This document shows, piece after piece, positions 26,886 through 37,990 of a stretch of 64,000 bases of DNA (position 1 is its first letter; each line of letters begins with the position of its first letter). The DNA lies in the NCBI GenBank assembly GCA_036351575.1, contig JAZBPJ010000131.1, positions 10,186 to 74,185 of the forward strand, given 5' to 3'. Source of the stretch: Lysobacterales bacterium (GTDB lineage: Bacteria > Pseudomonadota > Gammaproteobacteria > Xanthomonadales > SZUA-36). Made by a program: the position numbers and the translations under genes. The notes under the pieces are model-generated. The model was not told the origin of the DNA. It searched no databases and was given only the letters and a program-made list of their open reading frames with translations.

Positions 26886-27927
26886 TTCTTTCTCCGCGTT
26901 TTTCGTCTGCAGGACCTGCGCGGGCGGCCAGGAAACGCCGCAAAAGGGCCCGCGCCGCCAGGTTGGGCGGCAGGCGGCCTGCAGCAACCTCTTTTTCCAG
27001 CTCCGGCAGGTCGTGCCTGAGCCCGGGGTCGTCGCGCAGGGCGGCAACCAGGCTGTCATTGAGTTCCGCCCACATCCAGGACAGGGCCTGGCCGGCTCGC
27101 CGCGGGGCCAGGAGACCCTTTTCAAGCAGCATCGCGTGATGCCGAAGCACGGCTTCCCAGGCCTCTTCGATACCCTCGCTCTCGAGCGAGGAGCAGGTTT
27201 GCACGGGCACGCTCCAGCCTTCGATACGCGGGCGCAGCAGCCGCAGGGCGTTGCGGAACTCGAGCGCAGATTCATCGGCGATCCGCTTTAACGCGCCATC
27301 GGCCTTGTTGATCAACACCAGGTCGGCCAGTTCCATGATGCCGCGCTTGATGGCCTGCAACTCGTCGCCGCCGCCGGGCTGCAGCAGCAGCGCGAACATG
27401 TCGGTCATGTCCGCCACCATGGTCTCCGACTGCCCGACCCCCACCGTCTCCACGATTACCAGGTCAAAGCCGGCCGCCTCGCAGACGACCAGCGCCTCGC
27501 GCGTGCGCCGGGCGACGCCGCCGAGGGTGAGCCCGGATGGAGAACTTCGAATGAAGGCCTCGCTGCTGCGCGCCAGCGACTCCATGCGCGTCTTGTCGCC
27601 GAGTATGGAGCCCCCGCTGATCGCAGAAGACGGGTCGACCGTCAGTACCGCCACGCGCCGGCCCTGAGCGATGGCGTGATTGCCCAGCGCTTCGATGAAG
27701 GTGGACTTGCCGACACCCGGCGCACCGGATATGCCAAGCCGTATCGAACCCCCGGCGCGAGGCATGAGTTGCTTCAGCAGGGAATCCGCCTCGTCGCGGT
27801 GCTTCGGGTGAGTGGACTCGACCAGCGTGATCGCCCTCGCGAGCGATCGGCGGTCGCCCGCGAGCACCTTCGCGGCCAGTGCGGCCGCGCGAACGGTCGA
27901 ATCCTTGTCGCGGGTCTCCCGGGGCAC
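26878..27927 (-). CDS. meaB: Methylmalonyl-CoA mutase-associated GTPase MeaB/ArgK
   Basis: [16 protein letters not shown]-loop, [10 protein letters not shown] and the NKAD motif. GTG start. Confidence 0.9.
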   Translation of the reverse strand: MPRETRDKDSTVRAAALAAKVLAGDRRSLARAITLVESTHPKHRDEADSLLKQLMPRAGGSIRLGISGAPGVGKSTFIEALGNHAIAQGRRVAVLTVDPSSAISGGSILGDKTRMESLARSSEAFIRSSPSGLTLGGVARRTREALVVCEAAGFDLVIVETVGVGQSETMVADMTDMFALLLQPGGGDELQAIKRGIMELADLVLINKADGALKRIADESALEFRNALRLLRPRIEGWSVPVQTCSSLESEGIEEAWEAVLRHHAMLLEKGLLAPRRAGQALSWMWAELNDSLVAALRDDPGLRHDLPELEKEVAAGRLPPNLAARALLRRFLAARAGPADEKRGERND

Positions 27928-27930
27928 TGG

Positions 27931-29916
27931 CTATTTCAACTCCAGTATCCGGTCACCCACTTCCAGGCTGCCCCCCGCCTGGCAGTAGATTTTCGCCACG
28001 ATGCCGTCATTTTCCGCACGCAGGGTGTTTTCCATCTTCATCGCTTCCAGCACCGCCAGCGCGGAACCGGCGCTGACCTCGTCTCCTTCCTTGACGGCCA
28101 GCGAGACGAGCAGGCCGGGCATCGGGGCGAAGAGAATCTTTGAAGAATCCTTGCGTATTTTTTCGGGGATGTGCTTCAGGAGCCTGGCGGCCTCGGGCGT
28201 GAGCATGCGGACATTGGCCTGGAAGCCTCCGTGTACGAGTCGGTAGTTCTGCAGGTTGCGCTCGACGCGGACGAATACCTGCTCGCCGTTCACGGTGCCG
28301 TCAAAGAGTTTCTGCCCGAAAATCCAGGACGTGCGGATCACGTGCCGCCTGCCGCGGTACTCGACCACGTAGCCCTCGCCGTCGGGCACGATGGACACCG
28401 GTATATGCCGTCGATTCAGAACAGCCACGTATTCCGTCGGCGTGCGGCGCTCATGGCCCGGCAGCTGCCCGTGGATGCCGGCGGCGCGGTCGCGGTAGCG
28501 GCGGAAGACATACGCAGCCACGCAGATGATGATGCTCGGATCCTCCAGCGGCATGTCGGCCGCGCTGAAACCGTCCGGGTATTCGACGCCGATCATGTCC
28601 GTGCTGATATCGCCGGAAACGTATCGCGGGTGAACCATCAGGGTCGACAGGAAACTGAGGTTGCTCGCCACACCGCGAATCAGGAAGCGGTCCAGCGCAG
28701 CGCGCATGTGCCGCATGGCCTCCTCGCGGTCTTTTCCACGGGTGATGAGCTTGGCGATCATCGGGTCGTAAAACATCGATACTTCGCCGCCTTCGTACAC
28801 ACCCGTGTCAACGCGGATGTTGTCGTCATCTTCCGGCGGCTGGTAGTGCACGAGCCGACCGGTGGACGGCAGGAAATTCCTCAGCGGGTCCTCGGCGTAG
28901 ACGCGCGCCTCGATGGCCCAGCCGTCAATCCGCACGTCCTCCTGGCGGATCGGCAGTTCTTCCCCGGCGGCTACCCGGATCATCAGTTCCACCAGGTCGA
29001 GCCCGGTCGTCAGTTCCGTCACCGGGTGCTCCACCTGCAGGCGGGTGTTCATCTCCAGGAAGTAAAAATTCCGCTGCGCATCTACGATGAACTCGACCGT
29101 GCCGGCCGAACGGTACTCGACGGCCTCGGCCAGCGCGACGGCCTGTGCGCCCATCTTGCGCCGCGTCGCCTCGTCCAGGAACGGGGACGGCGCTTCTTCG
29201 ATCACTTTCTGGTGGCGCCTCTGCAGCGAGCACTCGCGCTCGTTCAGGTAGACCGTATTGCCCTGGCTGTCCGCCATCACCTGGATTTCAATATGCCTCG
29301 GCTGCTCGATGTATTTTTCGATCAACATGCGGTCGTCGCCGAAGCTGGACCGGGCCTCGTTGGCGGCGCGCTCGAAACCTTCGCGGCACTCGTCGTCGTC
29401 CCGCACAATGCGCATGCCCTTGCCGCCGCCGCCGGCAGAAGCCTTGAGCATGACGGGATAGCCGATTTCGTTTGCGGCCTCGACCGCGTGCTCAGCATCC
29501 CGCAAGCCGCCGTCGATACCCGGGATCACGTTGACCCCGGCCTCGGCCGCCAGTCTCTTGGAAGCGATCTTGTCGCCCATGGTCTCCATGGCGCGCGGAC
29601 GGGGTCCGATGAAAACGATGCCTTCCGCTTCGAGCGCCCGGCAGAAGCCGGCGTTCTCCGAGAGAAAACCGTAGCCGGGGTGCACGGCCTGGGCGCCGGT
29701 ATCCAGGCAGGCCCGGATGATGTTCTCCTGGACCAGGTAACTCTCGGCGGCCGGTGAAGGTCCGATGTGCACGGCCTCGTCGGCCATTTTCACGTGCAGC
29801 GCGTCGCGGTCCGCATCGGAATAAACGGCGACGGTGGCAATACCCATCTCGCGCGCGGTCCGTATCACGCGGCAGGCGATTTCACCCCGGTTCGCAATCA
29901 GAATTTTGTCAAACAA
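27931..29916 (-). CDS. pccA: Propionyl-CoA (acyl-CoA) carboxylase alpha subunit: biotin carboxylase plus BCCP
   Basis: MFDKILIANRGEIACRVIRT.., an ATP-grasp core, and the C-terminal biotinylation motif LEAMKME. TTG start preceded by GAGGA with a 7-nt spacer. Confidence 0.9.
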   Translation of the reverse strand: MFDKILIANRGEIACRVIRTAREMGIATVAVYSDADRDALHVKMADEAVHIGPSPAAESYLVQENIIRACLDTGAQAVHPGYGFLSENAGFCRALEAEGIVFIGPRPRAMETMGDKIASKRLAAEAGVNVIPGIDGGLRDAEHAVEAANEIGYPVMLKASAGGGGKGMRIVRDDDECREGFERAANEARSSFGDDRMLIEKYIEQPRHIEIQVMADSQGNTVYLNERECSLQRRHQKVIEEAPSPFLDEATRRKMGAQAVALAEAVEYRSAGTVEFIVDAQRNFYFLEMNTRLQVEHPVTELTTGLDLVELMIRVAAGEELPIRQEDVRIDGWAIEARVYAEDPLRNFLPSTGRLVHYQPPEDDDNIRVDTGVYEGGEVSMFYDPMIAKLITRGKDREEAMRHMRAALDRFLIRGVASNLSFLSTLMVHPRYVSGDISTDMIGVEYPDGFSAADMPLEDPSIIICVAAYVFRRYRDRAAGIHGQLPGHERRTPTEYVAVLNRRHIPVSIVPDGEGYVVEYRGRRHVIRTSWIFGQKLFDGTVNGEQVFVRVERNLQNYRLVHGGFQANVRMLTPEAARLLKHIPEKIRKDSSKILFAPMPGLLVSLAVKEGDEVSAGSALAVLEAMKMENTLRAENDGIVAKIYCQAGGSLEVGDRILELK

Positions 29917-29954
29917 TGGCCGATCCTCGTTCGAACCGGTCCGTTTCCGGACCC

Positions 29955-31487
29955 TTAAAGTGGAATGTTGTCATGCTTGCGCCACGGGTTTTCGAGTTTC
30001 TTCTCGCGCAGGATGGCCAGCGAACGGCAGATGCGCTGCCGCGTGCTGTGCGGGGCGATAACATCGTCGATGTAGCCGCGGCTGCCGGCAATGAACGGGT
30101 TGGAGAACTTGCGGCGGTATTCCTCGGTGCGCTTGGCAATTTTCTCCTTGTCGTCCAGGTCGCTGCGGAAAATGATTTCGACCGCCCCTTTCGGACCCAT
30201 AACCGCGATTTCAGCGCTCGGCCATGCCAGGTTCACGTCTCCGCGCAAATGCTTGGAACTCATCACGTCGTAGGCGCCGCCGTAGGCCTTGCGCGTGATG
30301 ATGGTCACCTTCGGAACCGTCGCCTCGGCATATGCGTAGAGCAGCTTGGCTCCATGACGAATGATGCCGCCGTACTCCTGTGCCGTACCCGGCATGAACC
30401 CCGGCACGTCGACAAACGTGACAATCGGAATGTTGAAGGCGTCGCAAAACCGGACGAAGCGGCCCGCCTTGATCGACGACTTGATATCCAGGCAGCCCGC
30501 CTGGACCATCGGCTGGTTGGCCACGATGCCCACCGTGTGGCCGTCCATGCGGGCAAAACCGATCACGATGTTCTGCGCGTGCTCCGGCTGCAGTTCGAAA
30601 AACTCGTAGTCGTCCGCGATTTTGTTGACCAACTCCTTGATATCGTAAGGTTTATTCGGATTATCCGGGACCAGCGTATCCAGCGACATCTCCACGCGGG
30701 CCGCCGGGTCCGGGGTCGGCCGGTACGGCGGTTTTTCACGGTTGTTCGCCGGCAGGTAGTTGAAGAAGCGCCGGATCATCATCAGGGTTTCCACGTCGTC
30801 GTCGTAAGCGCAGTCGCATACCCCGGAAACCGTTGAGTGAGTCATCGCGCCGCCGAGCTCCTCGGCGGTGACCGCCTCGTGCGTCACCGTCTTCACCACG
30901 TCGGGGCCGGTAACGAACATGTACGAAGTGTCTTTGACCATGAATATGAAGTCGGTCATCGCGGGCGAATACACCGCGCCGCCGGCACAGGGCCCCATGA
31001 TGACCGAGATCTGCGGAATGACGCCGGAAGCCAGGACGTTACGCTGGAATACTTCGGCGTATCCGCCCAGCGAAACCACCCCCTCCTGGATGCGCGCCCC
31101 GCCCGAGTCGTTCAGGCCGATCACCGGAGCGCCGATCTTCAGCGCGTGATCCATGACCTTGCAGATCTTTTCCGCGTGCGCGCCGGACAGTGATCCGCCG
31201 AACACGGTGAAATCCTGGCTGAAGACCAGCACGAGCCGGCCGTTGATCGTGCCGCTGCCGGTCACGACGCCGTCGCCCGGAATTTTCTTGTCCGCCATGC
31301 CGAAATCGTTGCAGCGATGCTCGACGAACATGTCCCATTCCTCGAAACTGTCCTCGTCGAGCAACAGGCTCAGGCGCTCGCGGGCCGTGAGCTTGCCGCG
31401 GGCGTGCTGGCTGTCGATGCGTTTCTGTCCGCCGCCGAGCAGGGCCGCTTTTCGTTTTCGTTCCAGTTCGTCGATGATTTCCTGCAT
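29955..31487 (-). CDS. pccB: Propionyl-CoA carboxylase beta subunit (carboxyltransferase)
   Basis: 510 aa of the carboxyltransferase family ([30 protein letters not shown]). GAGGAG SD. Confidence 0.92.
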   Translation of the reverse strand: MQEIIDELERKRKAALLGGGQKRIDSQHARGKLTARERLSLLLDEDSFEEWDMFVEHRCNDFGMADKKIPGDGVVTGSGTINGRLVLVFSQDFTVFGGSLSGAHAEKICKVMDHALKIGAPVIGLNDSGGARIQEGVVSLGGYAEVFQRNVLASGVIPQISVIMGPCAGGAVYSPAMTDFIFMVKDTSYMFVTGPDVVKTVTHEAVTAEELGGAMTHSTVSGVCDCAYDDDVETLMMIRRFFNYLPANNREKPPYRPTPDPAARVEMSLDTLVPDNPNKPYDIKELVNKIADDYEFFELQPEHAQNIVIGFARMDGHTVGIVANQPMVQAGCLDIKSSIKAGRFVRFCDAFNIPIVTFVDVPGFMPGTAQEYGGIIRHGAKLLYAYAEATVPKVTIITRKAYGGAYDVMSSKHLRGDVNLAWPSAEIAVMGPKGAVEIIFRSDLDDKEKIAKRTEEYRRKFSNPFIAGSRGYIDDVIAPHSTRQRICRSLAILREKKLENPWRKHDNIPL

Positions 31488-31534
31488 GCTCTCTCCTCGC
31501 AGGGTCGCGGGGGCTTACCCGCGCCCGAAAAAAG

Positions 31535-33685
31535 TCAAGCGCCGCGCGCCGCCCTGATCAGGCCGAGCACGTCGTGCGCGGCCTCCAGGATATTGGTGCC
31601 GGGCCCGAACACCGCCGCAACCCCGGCGTCCTTCAGCATAGCGTGGTCCTTGGGCGGGATCACACCGCCGCAGACCACGATGATTTCATTCGCCCCTTCT
31701 CGCGCCAGGCCCTCGATAACCTGCGGCACCAGGGTGCGGTGTCCGGCCGCCTGCGACGAAATGCCGACGACGTGCACGTCGTTCTCGATCGCCTCGCGCA
31801 CGGCCTCGTCCGGAGTCTGGAACAAGGGCCCGATATCCACGTCGAAGCCGATATCGGCAAAGGCCGTCGCGATCACCTTGGCTCCCCGGTCGTGTCCGTC
31901 CTGGCCCAGCTTGCAGACCAGGATGCGCGGCCTGCGCCCTTCTGCGGCCGCGAACGCTTCTATGTCTTTCTGAATGTCCATGAATTCCTGGGCTCCCGCG
32001 TAAACCGAACCGTAAACGCCCTTGATGGACTGCACCGAGGCGCGATGGCGTCCGAAAACGGCCTCGAGCGCGCTCGAGATCTCCCCCACGGTGGCGCGCG
32101 CCCGGGCGGCTTCTATCGAGAGGCCCAGAAGACAGCCCGAACCGTCGCGGGCGGCCTGCTCGAGGGCCTCCAGCGCTTCCTTGCAGACCGCGTCATCGCG
32201 TGCTTCCCGAACCTGCCGTATGCGCTCGACCTGCGACTCGCGCACGGCGCTGTTGTCGATGTCGAGGATGTCCACGTCGGGCTCTTCATCCAGTTCGTAG
32301 CAATTGACCCCAACGATGCGGTCCTCGCCGCGATCGATGCGCGCCTGCCGCCGGGTGGCGGCTTCCTCGATACGCATCTTCGGAATGCCGGCTTCCACCG
32401 CCCGTGTCATGCCGCCCATTTCTTCCACTTCCTCGATCAGCCGGCGGGCTTCATTTACCAGCTGGTCCGTCAGGTTCTCGACGTAGTAGGAACCGCCCAG
32501 CGGATCGGCCACGCGCGTCAGGCCGGTCTCGTCACGCAGCACGAGCTGGGTATTGCGCGCGATGCGCGCGGCAAAATCCGTCGGCAGGCTGAGCGCCTCG
32601 TCAAAGGAGTTCGTGTGCAGGGACTGGGTTCCGCCGAGCACGGCCGCCATCGCCTCGACGGTCGTGCGGATGATGTTGTTGTAGGGATCCCGGGCCGTGA
32701 GACTGGCGCCCGAGGTCTGGCAATGGGTGCGCAGCGCAAGCGAACGCGGGTCTTTCGGATCGAACTTTTCCGCCATGAGCGACGCCCACAGCAGGCGCGC
32801 CGCGCGCAGCTTGGCCACTTCCATGAAGAAATCGGTGCCGATGGCAAAGAAAAAGGAAAGACGCGGCGCAAAAGCATCGACATCCAGGCCGCTGTCAATG
32901 GCAGCACGCACGTACTCGATGCCGTCGGCGATCGTGTAAGCCAGTTCCTGCGCGCAGGTCGCCCCCGCTTCCTGCATGTGGTAACCCGAAATCGAGACCG
33001 AATTGAAGCGCGGCATGTTGGCGGATACGTAGCCGATGATGTCGGTGACGATGCGCATCGACGGCTCAGGCGGATAGATGAAGGTGTTGCGGACCATGAA
33101 CTCCTTCAGGATGTCGTTCTGCAGGGTCCCCGAAAGCCGGTCCGGCGCCACGCCCTGCTCCTCGGCGGCGACGATGAACATCGCCATCACCGGCAGCACC
33201 GCCCCGTTCATCGTCATCGATACCGACATTTTGTCCAGCGGAATGCCCTGGAAAAGGATTTTCATGTCCTCGACGCTGTCGATGGCCACGCCGGCCTTGC
33301 CGACATCCCCTTCGACCCGCGGGTGATCGGAATCGTAGCCGCGGTGCGTCGCCAGGTCGAACGCCACCGACAGACCGGTCTGGCCGGCCTCGAGGTTGCG
33401 CTGATAGAAGGCGTTGGATTCCTCGGCCGTGGAGAACCCGGCGTATTGCCGCACGGTCCACGGGCGGCCGGCGTACATGGTGGCCTTCGGGCCGCGAACA
33501 TAGGGCGGAAAGCCCGGCAGGGAATGCGCGTGATCGAGACGCTCCGTGTCCCGCGCGGTGTAAAGCGGTTTTATGCGAATGCCTTCGGGTGTTTCAGTGT
33601 CCAGGCTTTCGAGGGGACGTTCACGGCACTCCTTTTCAGCCAGTGCCCGCCAGTCATCCAGTGTCTTTCGAGGAAATTCCGCCAT
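31535..33685 (-). CDS. scpA: Methylmalonyl-CoA mutase, single-chain (catalytic plus B12-binding domains)
   Basis: Collinear with E. coli Sbm/ScpA: [38 protein letters not shown].., with the C-terminal B12 domain [13 protein letters not shown]. The start is ATG 33685 or 33697. Confidence 0.93.
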   Translation of the reverse strand: MAEFPRKTLDDWRALAEKECRERPLESLDTETPEGIRIKPLYTARDTERLDHAHSLPGFPPYVRGPKATMYAGRPWTVRQYAGFSTAEESNAFYQRNLEAGQTGLSVAFDLATHRGYDSDHPRVEGDVGKAGVAIDSVEDMKILFQGIPLDKMSVSMTMNGAVLPVMAMFIVAAEEQGVAPDRLSGTLQNDILKEFMVRNTFIYPPEPSMRIVTDIIGYVSANMPRFNSVSISGYHMQEAGATCAQELAYTIADGIEYVRAAIDSGLDVDAFAPRLSFFFAIGTDFFMEVAKLRAARLLWASLMAEKFDPKDPRSLALRTHCQTSGASLTARDPYNNIIRTTVEAMAAVLGGTQSLHTNSFDEALSLPTDFAARIARNTQLVLRDETGLTRVADPLGGSYYVENLTDQLVNEARRLIEEVEEMGGMTRAVEAGIPKMRIEEAATRRQARIDRGEDRIVGVNCYELDEEPDVDILDIDNSAVRESQVERIRQVREARDDAVCKEALEALEQAARDGSGCLLGLSIEAARARATVGEISSALEAVFGRHRASVQSIKGVYGSVYAGAQEFMDIQKDIEAFAAAEGRRPRILVCKLGQDGHDRGAKVIATAFADIGFDVDIGPLFQTPDEAVREAIENDVHVVGISSQAAGHRTLVPQVIEGLAREGANEIIVVCGGVIPPKDHAMLKDAGVAAVFGPGTNILEAAHDVLGLIRAARGA

Positions 33686-33874
33686 GCCAACACCCATTCA
33701 AAGAGCAAGGAAGGCGAGCCGGCGCAGCATGCGCCGGCCGCTCAGAGGCTTAAACTACCTGCTCTCCGCACCGTCCGCAAACAAACGAAACGGCACGGGC
33801 AGCCACTCCGGACTCACCGGGCGGGCCCGGAATGCCGGGGTCCGGGCCGTGAATCGAGCCGGTCCTGCAAAAAA

Positions 33875-34852
33875 TCAGAGCAGGCTTTCCACCGCCTTGC
33901 GTTCGTCCCGAAGCTCGGCGTCGCTGGCATCCATGCGTGCGCGGCTGAACGCATCGATCTCCAGGCCCTGCACGATCTCGTAATCACCATCTTTGCAGAC
34001 GCAGGGGAAGGAATAGACGATGCCGGGCTCGATCCCGTAGCTGCCGTCGGCCGGGACCGCCATGGATACCCAGTCGCCCCCGGGCGTGCCCAGCGCCCAG
34101 TTGCGCATGTGATCGAGCGCAGCCGAGGCGGCCGAGGCGGCGCTGGATGCGCCGCGGGCCTTGATGATCGCCGCGCCGCGCTGCTGCACCACCGGAATGA
34201 AGTTCTCCACGTACCAGTCGTGATCGACCTTGCCGGCCACGCCCGCGCCGCCGACCTCGGTAAAGCGGATGTCCGGGTACTGGGTCGAGGAGTGATTGCC
34301 CCAGATGACCATTTTTCGAATCTCGGAATGGTGCGTTCCGATGCGGTCGGACATCTGCGCCAGGGCGCGGTTGTGATCGAGGCGCGTCATCGCGGTGAAG
34401 TTGCGCGGGTCGAGGTCCGGCGCGGCCGCCTGCGCGATCAGGGCGTTGGTGTTGGCCGGGTTGCCGACGACCAGGACCTTGATGTCCCGGCTGGCAACCT
34501 TGTTCATGGCGGCGCCCTGGGGACCGAAAATCTTGCCATTGGCGGACAACAGGTCGCTGCGCTCCATGCCCGGCCCGCGCGGCATCGCACCGACCAGCAG
34601 CGCGTAATCGGCATCCTGGAAAGCGGTTTCCAGGTCGTCGGTCGCAACCACGTCCGCCAGCAGCGGGAAGGCCGAGTCGCGCAGTTCCATGACGACACCT
34701 TCCAGCGCGCCGAGCGCCGGGGTGATTTCAAGCAACTGCAGGATCACCGGCTGATCGGGGCCAAGCATGTCACCGGCTGCGATACGGAAACAGAGCTGGT
34801 AGCCGATCTGGCCTGCTGCACCTGTGACGACGACTCTTACGGGACGGTTCAT
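33875..34852 (-). CDS. mdh: Malate dehydrogenase (NAD)
   Basis: [49 protein letters not shown] 34852 is preceded by GAGGAG. The track ORF is 24 codons longer. Confidence 0.93.
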   Translation of the reverse strand: MNRPVRVVVTGAAGQIGYQLCFRIAAGDMLGPDQPVILQLLEITPALGALEGVVMELRDSAFPLLADVVATDDLETAFQDADYALLVGAMPRGPGMERSDLLSANGKIFGPQGAAMNKVASRDIKVLVVGNPANTNALIAQAAAPDLDPRNFTAMTRLDHNRALAQMSDRIGTHHSEIRKMVIWGNHSSTQYPDIRFTEVGGAGVAGKVDHDWYVENFIPVVQQRGAAIIKARGASSAASAASAALDHMRNWALGTPGGDWVSMAVPADGSYGIEPGIVYSFPCVCKDGDYEIVQGLEIDAFSRARMDASDAELRDERKAVESLL

Positions 34853-35006
34853 AACAACTCCTCGTGCATATCCTGGTTTAAAAATCTGACGTGTCGGCGG
34901 TCCTGCACACAGGGCCGCGCCCAAACGGTATCATTGTAGCGGAAAATTTTAACGGTCCCATTTGACTTGCGTCCCCTTATGAACCCATTGCCGCGGAGTT
35001 CCAGCC

Positions 35007-36737
35007 ATGCCAAGCACACGCCATTCGGGCAGCAGACGGTCGTCCCTGCTTTTTTCCCTTCTCACGGTTTTTTGCCTTACGGAGGTCGCCATGGCCGCTG
35101 ATCGCGTCACCGGCGAGTTGTTCGCCACCCGTTCCGAGGTGATTGCTCCGCACGCGATGGCGGCCACCAGCCATCCGCTGGCGACCCAGATCGCGCTGGA
35201 GACCATGAAAAAGGGCGGCAACGCGATTGACGCGGCCATCGCCGCCAACGCGGCGCTCGGCCTGATGGAGCCGACCGGAAACGGCATCGGCGGCGACCTG
35301 TTCGCCATCGTCTGGGACGCGAAAAGCGGGAAGCTGCACGGCCTGAACGCGTCCGGCCGCTCGCCCCGGTCGCTGACCCTGGAGTGGTTTCAAGAGCAGG
35401 GGCTCGAGTCGATTCCGCCATACGGTCCGCTGCCGGTATCCGTCCCGGGCACGGTCGACGGCTGGTTCGAACTGCACGGCCGCTTCGGCAGCCTGCCGAT
35501 GAGTGAAATCCTGAAGCCCGCCGTCGAGTATGCCCGCAACGGCCATCCTGTTCACGAGACCATCCAGCACTACTGGGAAATCAGCGTCGAACGGCTGTCG
35601 GAGTACCCCGGTTTCACCGAGCAGATGACCATCGACGGGCGCGCGCCCGAGGTCGGTGAGCCGTGGAAGAATCCCAACCTGGCCAACACGCTGGAACGTA
35701 TCGGCCGCGAGGGGCGCGATGTCTTTTATACCGGCGACATCGCGCGCGTAATCGGCGCTTACATGCAGGAGAACGGCGGATTCCTGTCCTACGAGGACAT
35801 GGCGTCCCACCGCAGCGAATGGGTGGAGCCGGTCGCGGTGAACTACCGCGGTTACGACGTGTGGGAACTGCCGCCCAACGGCCAGGGCATCGCGGCGCTG
35901 CAGATCCTGAACATCCTGGAACAGCACGACGTCGCCTCGATGGGCTTCGGCTCCGCCGACCACGTGCACCTGTTCCTGGAAGCAAAAAAGCTGGCATTCG
36001 AGGACCGCGCCCGGTTTTACGCGGACCCGGAGTGGATGGACGTTTCCGTCGACCGGCTGCTTTCCAGCTCCTACGCCCGTGAAAGGAACGCGCTGATCAA
36101 CATGCAGGAAGCGGCCGACTCCTATCCGCACGGCGACCCCGCCGTGCTGCGCGCGGGCGATACGATCTACCTGACGACCGCGGACGCCGAGGGCAACATG
36201 GTCTCGCTGATCCAGAGCAACTACCGCGGCATGGGCAGCGGCATGACACCGCCGGGCCTCGGCTTCGTGCTGCAGGACCGCGGCGAGCTGTTCACCCTTG
36301 AAGCCGGTCACCCCAACGCTTACGCGCCGGGCAAGCGCCCCTTCCACACCATAATTCCTGCGTTTATCACGAAAGACGGCAAGCCCTGGATCAGCTTCGG
36401 GCTGATGGGCGGCGGCATGCAGCCGCAGGGCCACGCGCAGATCGTGATGAACCTCGTCGATTTCGGCATGGGCCTGCAGGAAGCGGGGGATGCGCCGCGC
36501 ATCCACCACTCGGGGTCAAGCGAGCCGACCGGCGATGTCATGGAAGACGGCGGTATCGTCAACCTGGAAACCGGCTTCGGCTACGAAGTCGTGCGCGAAC
36601 TGATGGCCCGGGGCCACCGCATCCAATACGCGCGCGGGCCGTTCGGCGGCTACCAGGCGATCATGAAGCACCCGCAGCACGGCACCTGGTTCGGCGCCTC
36701 GGAATCACGCAAGGACGGCCAGGCCGCAGGTTTCTGA
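35007..36737 (+). CDS. ggt: Gamma-glutamyltransferase
   Basis: 576 aa with a signal peptide, GGNAIDAAIA, GDTIYLTTAD (autoprocessing Thr region) and GLMGGGMQPQGH. Confidence 0.92.
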   Translation: MPSTRHSGSRRSSLLFSLLTVFCLTEVAMAADRVTGELFATRSEVIAPHAMAATSHPLATQIALETMKKGGNAIDAAIAANAALGLMEPTGNGIGGDLFAIVWDAKSGKLHGLNASGRSPRSLTLEWFQEQGLESIPPYGPLPVSVPGTVDGWFELHGRFGSLPMSEILKPAVEYARNGHPVHETIQHYWEISVERLSEYPGFTEQMTIDGRAPEVGEPWKNPNLANTLERIGREGRDVFYTGDIARVIGAYMQENGGFLSYEDMASHRSEWVEPVAVNYRGYDVWELPPNGQGIAALQILNILEQHDVASMGFGSADHVHLFLEAKKLAFEDRARFYADPEWMDVSVDRLLSSSYARERNALINMQEAADSYPHGDPAVLRAGDTIYLTTADAEGNMVSLIQSNYRGMGSGMTPPGLGFVLQDRGELFTLEAGHPNAYAPGKRPFHTIIPAFITKDGKPWISFGLMGGGMQPQGHAQIVMNLVDFGMGLQEAGDAPRIHHSGSSEPTGDVMEDGGIVNLETGFGYEVVRELMARGHRIQYARGPFGGYQAIMKHPQHGTWFGASESRKDGQAAGF

Positions 36738-36741
36738 TCAG

Positions 36742-37851
36742 GTGAAAATCGTCATCGACCAGAACATCCGCGGCGCCGAGGCCACCTTCGCCCGGCACGG
36801 CGACGCCGTTTACATGGACGGCCGGTCGATCCGGCGTGAACACCTGGAGGACGCCGAACTGCTGGTCATCCGCACGACCACCCGGGCCGACGCCGAACTG
36901 CTGGAAGGCACGCCGGTGCGTTTCGTCGGCACCACGGCCATCGGCACCGACCACCTGGACATTCCCTGGCTGGAAGGCAACGGAATCCGCTGGTGCAACG
37001 CACCGGGCTGCAACGCCGACTCGGCGGCCCAGTACACGCTGGCGATGATCTGGCTGGCCTGCCAGCGGCTGGAAAAGCAGCTTGCAGGCCTGAAAGCCGG
37101 CATCATCGGCCGCGGCAACGTGGGCTCGCGCGTGCAGAAACTGCTGCGCACGCTTGGCGTGGAAACCGTCGCCAACGACCCGCCGCTGACCGATGCCGGC
37201 GTCAGCGGCCTGGTTTCGCAGGCGCAGGCCCTGGACTGCGACATCGTCTGCCTGCACGTGCCTCTGACCCGCGCAGGACCCTGTCCTACGCTCGGCATGA
37301 TCGGCCCCGATCAGCTGGAGCAAATGCCGAGCGGCGCCCTGCTGGTGAATACCGCCCGCGGCGACGTGGTCGACGGCCCTTCCCTGCTGGAGGGGATCGA
37401 GAGCGGGCGCATCCACGCTGCGCTCGACTGCTGGCCCGGCGAACCCGGCCTGGACCCGCAGCTTTTGCAGCGCGCGGTGGTGGCCACGCCCCACGTGGCC
37501 GGCTACAGCGATGACGGCAAGCGCAACGGCACGTGGATGGTGTACCAGGCGTTTCGTGACTGGGCCGGCCTGCCCCCGGCCGAACGGGACGAATCCGGAC
37601 TGCCGCGGCTGGAACTGGACGTCAGCCGGGCGGACTGCCCGCTGACAGCCGCACTCGAGGCAGCCTGCTTCGTACCCCGGCACGACGCCGCGATGCGTGC
37701 CCTGGCGGCGGACAGCGGCGCCCTCGCGGCCGGTTTCGACCGCCTGCGCAAGCAATACCCGTTCCGGCGCGATTTCCACGGCTGGGACATCAGCGGCGGC
37801 GACAGCCATGCGCCGCTGGCGGCACTCGGATTCAGAGTGCGTGGCCGGTGA
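36742..37851 (+). CDS. pdxB: 4-phosphoerythronate dehydrogenase
   Basis: 369 aa. MKIVIDQNI.. is a PdxB-type N-terminus, with the NAD motif GIIGRGNVGSRV and a PdxB C-terminal dimerisation region. GTG start 4 nt after the ggt stop. Confidence 0.88.
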   Translation: MKIVIDQNIRGAEATFARHGDAVYMDGRSIRREHLEDAELLVIRTTTRADAELLEGTPVRFVGTTAIGTDHLDIPWLEGNGIRWCNAPGCNADSAAQYTLAMIWLACQRLEKQLAGLKAGIIGRGNVGSRVQKLLRTLGVETVANDPPLTDAGVSGLVSQAQALDCDIVCLHVPLTRAGPCPTLGMIGPDQLEQMPSGALLVNTARGDVVDGPSLLEGIESGRIHAALDCWPGEPGLDPQLLQRAVVATPHVAGYSDDGKRNGTWMVYQAFRDWAGLPPAERDESGLPRLELDVSRADCPLTAALEAACFVPRHDAAMRALAADSGALAAGFDRLRKQYPFRRDFHGWDISGGDSHAPLAALGFRVRGR

Positions 37852-37990
37852 TCGCCCGGGGACGCCACCAGGCCGCTGCCGGGCCGCCCGGTGATTCGGC
37901 GAACCTGCTGTCGCCAGGCTGTTGCTTTGGATGGACTCAGCCTGTATCGTGCGCGCGCCCTTTGGGTATCGTGAAGAACAGGAACCTGCC

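Noticed and set aside
31574-34939. 1121-aa plus-strand ORF, the second-longest in the track, spanning mcm, the mcm-mdh spacer and mdh.
   Set aside because: It is entirely antisense to two genes whose products are unmistakable (methylmalonyl-CoA mutase and malate dehydrogenase). The translation is Arg/Gly/Ala/His/Val-rich low-information sequence with no recognisable motif. Stop-free antisense frames are expected in GC-rich DNA.
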